Shown: positions 7,996-16,540 of the stretch, in pieces | Layout: each line of letters starts with the position of its first letter | Numbering within the stretch: position 1 is the stretch's first letter | From: Acidimicrobiia bacterium | Lineage (GTDB): Bacteria; Actinomycetota; Acidimicrobiia; Spongiisociales; UBA5794 | NCBI GenBank assembly: GCA_024762335.1 | Contig: JANTHO010000006.1 | Location: 1,912 to 65,911 of the forward strand | Direction of reading: 5' to 3' | Length of the DNA: 64,000 bases | Made by a program: the position numbers and the translations under genes | The notes under the pieces: generated by a model | Databases searched by the model: none | Told to the model about the DNA's origin: nothing | Seen by the model: only the letters and a program-made list of their open reading frames with translations

Positions 7996-9372
7996 ATGAC
8001 GGTTGTCTCGGTGCATGTGCCGAAAGCAGCGGGGACGAGCCTGTTCGAGGCATTCAAGGGTGCCTTCGGTGAGGCTTCTGTTCAGCGAATCGATGATGAT
8101 CCGCTCGATCCGCTCTCGCTGTGCCGGATCGACCCCTCGAGCTATCTCGAGACGGCCCGTCGCGTGGGTGCGCCGGACGGTGCGGCAGTTCTCCACGGAC
8201 ATTTCTGGGCAAGACGATTCGATTTCATGCCCGACGCCGTCAAGATCACTGTGCTTCGCGACCCGGTGGAGCGCATGTTAAGTCACTATTTCTTCTGGCG
8301 ACATTCAAGACGAAGAGGACACGGACTCCTCGACTACGTACGGGACCACGAACTCACCATCGAACAGTTCGCCCGGCTTCCCTCCATTGCCCGCATCTAC
8401 GGTGGTGTGTTTTTCCGGGACGTTGATCCCGCTTCTTTCGACTTCATCGGAAACACGGGAACGCTCCATGCCGAACTTCCCCACCTCAGCACGGCCGTCG
8501 GACGTGAACTTGTGATGCCACACGTGAACGAAAGCCCCGAACCGGAATATTCGAGAGAACTGGCTGCGGTGCACGAGAACACTCGGCTGATGGAGCGATT
8601 GCGGGAGATTCTCGCCGAAGACATCGCATGGTATGAGCACGCGCTCCGGCCGCGTGCTCAAGCGGATACGACACCTGCCTTCCTGACTCCTCCGGCCGGC
8701 GGCAGCCAGTATGCGGATCCGGTCAAAGTTGAGCGACAGGTGAAACAGGGTGAGCATCGTGCAGTGATCGGTGGCATGTGGGATGAGATCGGGCGACTGG
8801 CGGAGCGGTTCCTCATCGCCGACGGGCTCCGTCCCGATGATCGGTTTCTCGACGTCGGCTGCGGTTCGCTACGCGTGGGCGTGCGACTCGTGCCGTACCT
8901 GGACGCAGGAAGGTACTTCGGCACGGACCTCAACAAGCCGCTTCTCGACGCAGGATTCGAACGGGAGATCATCCCGCTCGGATTGGCCGGCCGACTACCG
9001 AGACGCAACCTCGCAGCGATCTCCGGGTTCAACGTGCCGTTCGAGGGCGCGTTCGACGTGCTCCTCGCGCTGTCGGTTTTCACCCACCTGCCGATCAACG
9101 ACCTCAGGGTCTTCCTTGAGCGATCCGTCGCCGCCACCCATCCCGGTTCGAGGATCTACGTCACCTACTTCCCGGCAGATCGTGCTGGACGGCTGGCAGA
9201 TGCTGTCAACCACCACCCGGGGGGCGTGCGCACGTTTGGGGACCGCAACCCGTTCCACCTGCGCGGGGGCGATCTTCAGTACGCGGCGGATGGCCTGCCT
9301 TTCGATCTCAACATCATCGGTGAGTGGGGACACCCGCGAGCTCAGCACATGGCCCGTTACGACCGGTGGTAA
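7996..9372 (+). CDS. Fusion protein: N-terminal sulfotransferase (family 2 type) + C-terminal class I SAM-dependent methyltransferase
   Basis: N-terminus has VHVPKAAGTSLFEAF and VLRDPVERMLSHYFF (sulfotransferase family 2 signatures). C-terminus has FLDVGCGSLRVGVRLVPYLDAGRYFGTDLN (SAM-binding motif I) and DVLLALSVFTHLP. Confidence 0.8.
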   Translation: MTVVSVHVPKAAGTSLFEAFKGAFGEASVQRIDDDPLDPLSLCRIDPSSYLETARRVGAPDGAAVLHGHFWARRFDFMPDAVKITVLRDPVERMLSHYFFWRHSRRRGHGLLDYVRDHELTIEQFARLPSIARIYGGVFFRDVDPASFDFIGNTGTLHAELPHLSTAVGRELVMPHVNESPEPEYSRELAAVHENTRLMERLREILAEDIAWYEHALRPRAQADTTPAFLTPPAGGSQYADPVKVERQVKQGEHRAVIGGMWDEIGRLAERFLIADGLRPDDRFLDVGCGSLRVGVRLVPYLDAGRYFGTDLNKPLLDAGFEREIIPLGLAGRLPRRNLAAISGFNVPFEGAFDVLLALSVFTHLPINDLRVFLERSVAATHPGSRIYVTYFPADRAGRLADAVNHHPGGVRTFGDRNPFHLRGGDLQYAADGLPFDLNIIGEWGHPRAQHMARYDRW

Positions 9373-9439
9373 GTGTCCCCGATTCCGACCACATCTCTGA
9401 TGCGACACCCGTGCCACTGAGCAGAGGGGGGCGGTCGGG

Positions 9440-10561
9440 ATGAGCACTCGACAGATCGTCAGAGCATCGCTACCCGATCCGCCAGCTGATACCGTGATCG
9501 TGTCTACCCCGGGATGGCGTAGGAATCTCAGATGGACGATTGGCAGCGGGCCAGTACCGGGGAGCGGATCGCTGCTCGACGCTGCCGCGATCGCTCTCAC
9601 GCCACTTGCCCAGGCACGCGGATGGGCACTTCGGCTCGAAGGTCTCGTAGACGTCGACCTTCTCGCTCAACTGGAGGAGTACCAGGAGGCGTTCGCCAAA
9701 CTCCATCCAGGAATCTTCAGTCGGGTGCCGGTTTCGGCAAGTAGCGTTGGAGAAAGTAATATACCGACCGGGGCACAAGGCACCGTACTGGCGTTCTCCG
9801 GCGGGGTTGACTCGGTGTGGACTCTCTTAGCAAACCAGACGGGTGAGTTCGGCTTTCGAACGAAAGAGATCGTGGCGGCCATCCAGTTCCACGGATTCGA
9901 TCTATCCCTTGCCGACACGGCGGCACATCGAAGGGCCGCAACTCATGCAATGGCGATCACCTCCGCGTTCGACGTACCGCTCGGGACCGTCAATACGAAC
10001 TGGCGCGAGGAATTCTCCCCAAACTACACGCTTAGCTTCGTCGCAGGACTCGCTGCCGGGCTTCGACGGTACTCGGGCATCGCCGATGTTGGCATAGTCA
10101 CGCTCGACAATCACTACGGACATGAGACGGTCGGATGGGGTTCGTCGTCATCGACGAACCCGTTGCTCGGCAGTCGCCGGTTTCCGATTCGCAGTGCCGG
10201 CGGCGGCAGGTCGCGGTTCGAGAAGATCACCGACATTGCCCGGTATCCAGTTGTGCGGCAACACATCCGATCATGTTGGGAGGGGACCGAGACAGCGGGT
10301 GAAAATTGTGGCCGGTGTGAAAAGTGTCTTCGAACCATGCTGGGCTTCGCGGCGGCCGGATACCAGTACACCGGGGCGTTCGGTCGCACGGAAGCGCCCC
10401 TTGTGCGCACCATCAGAGCCAGAACTGCGGGGCAACTCGCTTATCTAGACGAACTCGTCGGCGTCGGACTCGCCCCCGATCTCGAGGACGCTCTCGACGA
10501 GGCGATCGAGCATTCGAGGATGCTGATCGATGTGATGAACGACCCGGGGACGCCGCCGTGA
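9440..10561 (+). CDS. PP-loop ATP pyrophosphatase superfamily protein (QueC-like or N-acetyl-sugar amidotransferase-like)
   Basis: PP-loop motif VLAFSGGVDSVW. C-terminal Cys cluster SCWEGTETAGENCGRCEKCLRT, reminiscent of the QueC zinc site. Sits inside the glycan operon. Confidence 0.7.
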   Translation: MSTRQIVRASLPDPPADTVIVSTPGWRRNLRWTIGSGPVPGSGSLLDAAAIALTPLAQARGWALRLEGLVDVDLLAQLEEYQEAFAKLHPGIFSRVPVSASSVGESNIPTGAQGTVLAFSGGVDSVWTLLANQTGEFGFRTKEIVAAIQFHGFDLSLADTAAHRRAATHAMAITSAFDVPLGTVNTNWREEFSPNYTLSFVAGLAAGLRRYSGIADVGIVTLDNHYGHETVGWGSSSSTNPLLGSRRFPIRSAGGGRSRFEKITDIARYPVVRQHIRSCWEGTETAGENCGRCEKCLRTMLGFAAAGYQYTGAFGRTEAPLVRTIRARTAGQLAYLDELVGVGLAPDLEDALDEAIEHSRMLIDVMNDPGTPP

Positions 10562-11634
10562 CCGGCACGAGGTCGCAGCCCAGAGGTGAACCATTTATCG
10601 CGATTCGCTCGGCGCTTGTTCGGCAAGTCAGCCAAGCGCTTGCGGGGGCGAGGCGGATCGCGTTCATCAACTTTCCAGACATCGGAAACCTCGGTGATGC
10701 TGCGATTTGGCTCGGCACGATGGACATCCTTGCAGAGCTCGGTGTGGCCGTCGCATACCACACACGTGCACAGGACCTGTCGATCGATGCCATTCTTGCC
10801 ACCGGACCGGATGCAGTCGTCCTCAATGGCGGCGGAAACCTCGGAGACCTGTGGGCCGGCCAACACCAGGCACGCGAAGCAGTCCTTCGACAACTCCACG
10901 ATCTACCGATTCTCCAGTTGTCCCAGAGCATGTGGTTCAACAGTCGGGCGAATCGCGAACGCTTCGCCGGGATTGCAGCCGGGCCCCGGGATCTGACGAT
11001 GCTCTGGCGGGAGCAGCGAAGTTTCGATGAGGCCACCGCGTGTCTCTCCGGTTCGCATGTCCTGGCCCACGACATGGCATTTGGGCTTACTCCGACATCG
11101 CGAATTGGAGACCCGATCACACCGGTGCTCGCACTGCTCCGCACAGACCGGGAACGGCGGATCGAGTCGATCCACGCCGCCCGCTCGGGCATCGCGGTCG
11201 AAGACTGGCAAACATCGCCGGTCCCAACCGACGACAGAATCGTCGCTGCATCCAGCGAAGCGGCCGATCTCCACGCCGACCCGCTCGGCAACCTCCCCCA
11301 TATCGAAGCACTCTATCTCGAACTTGCGCGGCGTCGGGTGAGCCGAGCCATCAAGATCCTCAGCCGCGGAGAGGTCGTGATCACCGATCGGCTCCACGCA
11401 CACCTGCTTGCCGGCATCGCCGGAATCCCATCGGTCGCTCTGGATAACACGTACGGCAAAGTGTTGGGGGTTCGCCGTCGCTCGCTCGGTGAGACCGAGG
11501 CCCTGCGAGAAGCGGCGAGTTTCGATGAGGCTCTCAACTCAGCAATGTCTCTGGCCGGCACATTGTCGCGACCGAGCACAGGTCATCGTGAGGATGATCT
11601 GGGTGTCCCTAGAATTCCCTCTTCACCGGACTGA
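10558..11634 (+). CDS. Polysaccharide pyruvyl transferase (CsaB/WcaK family)
   Basis: FINFPDIGNLGDAAIW near the N-terminus and ITDRLHAHLLAGIAGIPSVALDNTYGKV near the C-terminus. The GTG start at 10558 overlaps the upstream stop (GTGA). Confidence 0.8.
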   Translation: MTGTRSQPRGEPFIAIRSALVRQVSQALAGARRIAFINFPDIGNLGDAAIWLGTMDILAELGVAVAYHTRAQDLSIDAILATGPDAVVLNGGGNLGDLWAGQHQAREAVLRQLHDLPILQLSQSMWFNSRANRERFAGIAAGPRDLTMLWREQRSFDEATACLSGSHVLAHDMAFGLTPTSRIGDPITPVLALLRTDRERRIESIHAARSGIAVEDWQTSPVPTDDRIVAASSEAADLHADPLGNLPHIEALYLELARRRVSRAIKILSRGEVVITDRLHAHLLAGIAGIPSVALDNTYGKVLGVRRRSLGETEALREAASFDEALNSAMSLAGTLSRPSTGHREDDLGVPRIPSSPD

Positions 11635-11647
11635 TGAGCCATCCTTT

Positions 11648-12490
11648 ATGACAACGACTGCTTCCCATCGCGTATACGACTCCGCTGCAAAGCGGACGCC
11701 GCTCGTCAGCGATTTTCGCAATCTCTATGCCCACCGCAAGCTGATCCGGTTGCTTGTGACGAGGGATCTTACGATCCGCTACAAGCGATCGGTGCTCGGC
11801 ATCTGGTGGACCCTCCTCAACCCGATTCTCACGACTGCCGTGATGTGGGTGATCTTTTCCCAGGTCTTCAAACGGGCCGACACGGGAGATGTCCCCTTCA
11901 TCATCTACCTACTTTCCGGTGTCTTGTTCATCTCGGTGTTTTTTGCTCAGGGCTTGTTGGCAACCGGGTCTTCTCTGCTGAACAGCCGAGCGATTCTGAG
12001 CAAGATTCCCGTACCAGGCGAGGTACTCGCCGTCACGGCTGCCCTCGCTGTTGCACTGAACTTTGTGCTCGCCCTCGTCCCGATGTTCGCTCTCCAACTC
12101 ATTCTCGGTGTGGGTATTCCCTGGACCGTTCTTCTCCTGCCGATTCCGATTCTCGCGATGCTCTTGCTTGTGACCGGTCTCGGCATGGCGGTAGCGTCGG
12201 CGGCCGTGCACTTCTACGACACGCTCGACTTTGTCAGTTTCCTTGTACAACTCTCCGTATGGGCCGTGCCGACGTTCTATCCGATCGGCATGGTGCCGGA
12301 CACGTTCCAGATCCTCATCAAGATCAATCCGTTGTTCTCATTCCTCACTGTGTTCAGGGGCTTTGCCTATGGCGGGGAGTTCGCGCCGCTGTGGAATTTC
12401 GCTTACATGGGAGGCTTCGCTCTCGTGGCGTTCGTTGGGGGAATCTGGATCTTCTCGAGCAGTTGGCGAAGACTGGTGGCATACCTGTGA
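11648..12490 (+). CDS. wzm: ABC-2 type polysaccharide/teichoic acid exporter permease
   Basis: DLTIRYKRSVLGIWWTLLNPILTTAVMWVIFSQVF plus six hydrophobic segments. Start trimmed to the ATG at 11648. Confidence 0.9.
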   Translation: MTTTASHRVYDSAAKRTPLVSDFRNLYAHRKLIRLLVTRDLTIRYKRSVLGIWWTLLNPILTTAVMWVIFSQVFKRADTGDVPFIIYLLSGVLFISVFFAQGLLATGSSLLNSRAILSKIPVPGEVLAVTAALAVALNFVLALVPMFALQLILGVGIPWTVLLLPIPILAMLLLVTGLGMAVASAAVHFYDTLDFVSFLVQLSVWAVPTFYPIGMVPDTFQILIKINPLFSFLTVFRGFAYGGEFAPLWNFAYMGGFALVAFVGGIWIFSSSWRRLVAYL

Positions 12491-13254
12491 GCGACGCGGC
12501 CACGCCGATCACCATCTCGAACGTGTCGATGGCGTATCGAATGAGTCGAAACAAAGCTGCGACGTTCAAAGAGTATGCGATCAATTTGATGCGCCGCCAG
12601 ATCGAGCATGAGGAGTTCTGGGCCCTCACCGACGTGTCGTTCGAAGTCCCGAAGGGAGAGGTGTTCTCCGTCATCGGCCCGAACGGTGCGGGTAAGAGCA
12701 CCCTCATGAAGGTGGCGGCGGGGATTCTCGCACCGTCGAAGGGCCGAGTCGTCGTGCGCGGATCCGTGTCGCCTCTCATCGAGGTCGGTGGCGGACTGAA
12801 CGACGAACTTACCGGTCGAGAGAACATTGTGATCTACGGGTCGATGCTCGGACGCGATCCTGCCGAGATGCGCGAACGCGTCGATCAAGTCGCCGGATGG
12901 GCCGGGCTTCGACAGTTCCTCACCGTGCCGGTCCGAAGCTACTCGACCGGCATGCGGGCGAGGCTTGCGTTCTCCATCGCGACCGACCAACGGCCGGATG
13001 TGCTGCTCGTCGACGAGATTCTCTCGGTCGGCGATGAGGATTTCAGACTCAAGTCGTTCAAACGCATTCGGAACATGATCGACGCGGGTACAACCGTTCT
13101 CCTTGTATCCCACCAATTGAAGCAAGTTGAAGAACTCTCGACGCGGACCATGTGGCTCCACAACGGTGAGATACGGATGCTCGGCGAAACAGCGCCGATC
13201 GTCGACGCCTACCGGGAATCGGCGGAGAGCGGACAGGAGGGGACCGTGGCATGA
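12487..13254 (+). CDS. wzt: ABC polysaccharide exporter ATP-binding protein; short form without a C-terminal carbohydrate-binding extension
   Basis: Walker A GPNGAGKSTL, signature YSTGMRARLAF, Walker B VLLVDEILSVGD. The GTG at 12487 overlaps the wzm stop (GTGA). 255 aa. Confidence 0.9.
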   Translation: MSDAATPITISNVSMAYRMSRNKAATFKEYAINLMRRQIEHEEFWALTDVSFEVPKGEVFSVIGPNGAGKSTLMKVAAGILAPSKGRVVVRGSVSPLIEVGGGLNDELTGRENIVIYGSMLGRDPAEMRERVDQVAGWAGLRQFLTVPVRSYSTGMRARLAFSIATDQRPDVLLVDEILSVGDEDFRLKSFKRIRNMIDAGTTVLLVSHQLKQVEELSTRTMWLHNGEIRMLGETAPIVDAYRESAESGQEGTVA

Positions 13255-13799
13255 ACGTTGAACGAACAACGATCCCGGACGTGCTCGTCATCCGGCCGGA
13301 GGTGTACGGAGACGACCGAGGTTTCTTTTTCGAGGCATTCAACCTCGAAGCGTTCGAAGCAGCGACCGGAGTCGTGAGAAACTGGGTTCAGGACAACCAC
13401 TCGAGATCGGTTCACGGTGTACTCAGAGGACTGCACTTCCAGAACCCGAAGGCGCAAGGCAAGCTCGTGCGATGTGCGTCAGGCCGGGTCTTCGACGTCG
13501 TCGTGGACGTTCGCCGATCCTCAGGTACGTTCCTCGAATGGACCGGCATCGAACTATCCGAGCAAAATCGCCTGCAACTATGGGTGCCCGAAGGATTTGC
13601 TCACGGCTTCCTCACGCTGTCCGAGAGCGCCGACCTCATCTACAAGGCCACCGACTACTACGACCGGGAGGCCGACCAGTCGATGAGGTGGAACGATCCG
13701 GCAATCGGCATCGACTGGCCGCTCGACGATACGATGCCCCTCCTATCGGAGAAAGATGCCGGCGCACCGCTCGCAGAGGATGCCCATCTCTACGAGTGA
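13251..13799 (+). CDS. rmlC: dTDP-4-dehydrorhamnose 3,5-epimerase
   Basis: IPDVLVIRPEVYGDDRGFFFEAFN, VQDNHSRSVHGVLRGLHFQ, LWVPEGFAHGF. ATGA overlap with wzt. Confidence 0.95.
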   Translation: MNVERTTIPDVLVIRPEVYGDDRGFFFEAFNLEAFEAATGVVRNWVQDNHSRSVHGVLRGLHFQNPKAQGKLVRCASGRVFDVVVDVRRSSGTFLEWTGIELSEQNRLQLWVPEGFAHGFLTLSESADLIYKATDYYDREADQSMRWNDPAIGIDWPLDDTMPLLSEKDAGAPLAEDAHLYE

Positions 13800-13847
13800 G
13801 GTAGCCTCTCGGCAACACGGAGGGAAATTATCGCACGCCAGTATCTC

Positions 13848-14801
13848 GTGACCGGAGGCGCCGGGTTCATCGGCTCCAACTTCATCCGGTACGTGCTCGA
13901 CCACGAACCCGAAGCGCAGATCACGAACCTCGACGCTCTCACCTATGCGGGCGTTCCTGCAACGGTTGCGGAACTCGACGAGAGTCCCCGGCACACATTC
14001 ATCAAGGGCGACATACGGGATCGGAGACTCATCGACGAGATCATGCCGACGCATGACATCGTTGTTCACTTCGCCGCGGAGAGCCACGTGGATCGATCCA
14101 TCGAAGGACCAGCGCAGTTCTTGGAGACCAATGTCGTCGGCACCGGTGTCGTAATCGACGCGGCGCGGCGACACCATGTCAGCCGCTTCGTCCACGTCTC
14201 CACCGACGAGGTGTACGGATCCATCGCGGACGGGTTCGCGGCCGAAGACGATCCACTTGCACCGTCATCGCCATACTCAGCCTCGAAAGCGGCCTCGGAT
14301 CTGCTCGTTCAGTCGTATGGGACCACCTACGGAACCGATGTGATCGTGACCCGATGCACGAACAACTACGGGCCTTACCAGTTTCCGGAGAAAGTGATCC
14401 CCCTCTTTGTCACCAACCTCATCGACGGACTGAAAGTACCGCTCTATGGGGAGGGCCTCAATCAGCGTGACTGGCTCCACGTCGAGGACCACTGTTCGGC
14501 CATCCATCTACTTGTCGACGCAGGCATCGCAGGAGAGATCTACAACATCGGAGCGAACGCCCAGCTCACGAACGTCGCACTGACGGACGCCATTCTCGCC
14601 GCCTTCGGAAAGGACGAGACCTGGATCGAACACGTCCCAGACAGGCTCGGCCATGATCTCAGATATGCGGTGGATTCCTCGAAGATCCGCTCGCTCGGAT
14701 GGAGTCCCCGCCACGACTTTCGAGAGCAGCTCGAGAAGACGATCGACTGGTACCGTCGCCGCACGGACTGGTGGACACCGCTCAAGGGAGGCAAGACGTG
14801 A
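13848..14801 (+). CDS. rmlB: dTDP-glucose 4,6-dehydratase
   Basis: VTGGAGFIGSNF Rossmann motif, YSASKAASD catalytic motif, DWLHVEDH. The start may lie a few codons upstream (ATT/ATC at 13827/13830 after GGAGGGA). Confidence 0.95.
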   Translation: MTGGAGFIGSNFIRYVLDHEPEAQITNLDALTYAGVPATVAELDESPRHTFIKGDIRDRRLIDEIMPTHDIVVHFAAESHVDRSIEGPAQFLETNVVGTGVVIDAARRHHVSRFVHVSTDEVYGSIADGFAAEDDPLAPSSPYSASKAASDLLVQSYGTTYGTDVIVTRCTNNYGPYQFPEKVIPLFVTNLIDGLKVPLYGEGLNQRDWLHVEDHCSAIHLLVDAGIAGEIYNIGANAQLTNVALTDAILAAFGKDETWIEHVPDRLGHDLRYAVDSSKIRSLGWSPRHDFREQLEKTIDWYRRRTDWWTPLKGGKT

Positions 14802-15667
14802 AAGGCATCCTGCTCGCGGGCGGCGCCGGCTCCCGGCTGGACCCGATTACCCGGGTAGCGAGCAAGCAACTCCAACCCGTCTATGACAAGCCGATGGTGT
14901 ATTACCCGCTGGCAACCCTGATGGCGGCCGGAATCCGTGACATTCTCGTCGTCTCGACGCCCACGGACACGCCGCGGTTCCGGGACCTTCTCGGCGACGG
15001 CTCGGCGTGGGGCCTGTCTCTCTCATACGCCGTCCAGGCGGAACCGAAGGGCATTGCCGAAGCATTCCTCGTGGGCGCGCACTTCATTGGCACGGACCCG
15101 GTCGCGCTCGTTCTCGGCGACAACATCTTCCACGGCCTGCCCAACCTCGCAGGAATCGTCGAAGGTTTCGACGACGGTGCCATGATCTTCGGCTACGAGG
15201 TTCGTGACCCCAGACGTTACGGCGTCGTCGAGATGAGCCCGGATGGTTTCGCGGTTTCTCTGGAGGAGAAACCGGCTAAACCGAGGTCGAATCTGGCGGT
15301 GCCAGGGCTCTACTTCTACGACGGCAGTGTTGTTCAAACGACGAGAAACCTCAAACCGTCCGCGAGAGGTGAACTTGAAATCACGGACCTCAACCGTGCA
15401 TACCTCGACCGGGGCATGCTCACCGTCGTACCGCTCGGCCGCGGGGTGGCATGGCTAGACAGCGGAACCCACGACAGCCTGCTCGATGCCGCCAATTTCA
15501 TCGCCACCATCGAACACCGGCAAGGTCTCAAGATCGCGTGCCTCGAAGAGGTCGCATTCGAAATGGGATACATCGACAAGGCGCACCTCAGCGAACTCAT
15601 CGGTGACATGCCACGCTCGACCTATCGTGAGTACCTGGAAGGTATTCTGCCCAACGGTCCGGCATGA
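14798..15667 (+). CDS. rmlA: Glucose-1-phosphate thymidylyltransferase
   Basis: VKGILLAGGAGSRLDPITRVASKQLQPVYDKPMVYYPL. GTGA overlap with rmlB. Confidence 0.95.
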   Translation: MKGILLAGGAGSRLDPITRVASKQLQPVYDKPMVYYPLATLMAAGIRDILVVSTPTDTPRFRDLLGDGSAWGLSLSYAVQAEPKGIAEAFLVGAHFIGTDPVALVLGDNIFHGLPNLAGIVEGFDDGAMIFGYEVRDPRRYGVVEMSPDGFAVSLEEKPAKPRSNLAVPGLYFYDGSVVQTTRNLKPSARGELEITDLNRAYLDRGMLTVVPLGRGVAWLDSGTHDSLLDAANFIATIEHRQGLKIACLEEVAFEMGYIDKAHLSELIGDMPRSTYREYLEGILPNGPA

Positions 15668-16509
15668 TCCTCGTCCTCGGATCCTTCGGACAACTCGGGA
15701 CGGCATTCCGGACGATCCTGGGCCCTGATGCGCGCTCCATCGACATGGAGGATCTTGACCTATCGGACACTGAGACGATTTACGACCGCCTGTCGGCATA
15801 CCGCCCCGAGATGATCATCAATTGTGCCGCCTACACGGCGGTTGATCGTGCCGAGTCCGAGCCGGAGATCGCCAGGGCTATCAACGCCGACGCCGTGAGA
15901 GAGATGGCCAAAGCAGCCGGTGACCTCGGTGCGCGACTCGTCACATTCTCAACGGACTACGTCTTCGACGGGACAGCGAACGGGTCATACGTCGAGTCCG
16001 ACGAACCGAACCCGATCAACATCTACGGACTCACGAAGCGAGAAGGCGAAGTCGCCGCCCTCGCTGTGAATCCCGATGTTCTCGTTGTACGAACCTCATG
16101 GCTGCTCTCCGGAACCCACCCCAACTTCGCATCGACAATGCTGCGTCTCGCCGGAGGCGAAGGTGGCCGGATCGTGAACGATCAACGGGGACATCCGACA
16201 CTCGTCGACGACCTCGCTCCTGCTGCGCTTGAGGCGGTTGAACGGGGCGTCACCGGAATACTTCACCTGACAAATCAGGGAACGGCAAGCTGGTTCGGGC
16301 TCGCAGGCGAGATTGCGGTGATCGCTGGTCTGGATTCCACAGTATTCGAACCCTGCACAACCGCAGACTTCCCGACACCGGCACGGCGACCTGCGAACTC
16401 GGTCTTGAAGAGCGAACGGCTGGATGCGTTCGGCCTCCACGAAATGCCTCACTATCGAGAAGGCCTCGAAGAGGCCGTGCATGGGCTCGTGGATAGGGGG
16501 CTCGCCTGA
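15664..16509 (+). CDS. rmlD: dTDP-4-dehydrorhamnose reductase
   Basis: MILVLGSFGQLG, INCAAYTAVDRAE, VTFSTDYVFDG, YGLTKREGE. ATGA overlap with rmlA. Confidence 0.9.
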   Translation: MILVLGSFGQLGTAFRTILGPDARSIDMEDLDLSDTETIYDRLSAYRPEMIINCAAYTAVDRAESEPEIARAINADAVREMAKAAGDLGARLVTFSTDYVFDGTANGSYVESDEPNPINIYGLTKREGEVAALAVNPDVLVVRTSWLLSGTHPNFASTMLRLAGGEGGRIVNDQRGHPTLVDDLAPAALEAVERGVTGILHLTNQGTASWFGLAGEIAVIAGLDSTVFEPCTTADFPTPARRPANSVLKSERLDAFGLHEMPHYREGLEEAVHGLVDRGLA

Positions 16510-16540
16510 CCCAATCCGGGCGCGTGTGCGATAACCTCGC

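Noticed and set aside
10324-11634. N-terminally extended versions of real genes in the ORF track: 4826, 10324, 11408, 11806, 14699, 21875, 29087-30241, 31035, 33417, 42663, 48076-49233, 51346-53322 and 57217.
   Set aside because: The extensions overlap the upstream gene in another frame and have non-coding-like composition. Internal ATG/GTG starts give canonical N-termini, RBSs or 1-8 nt start/stop overlaps, so I trimmed the starts.
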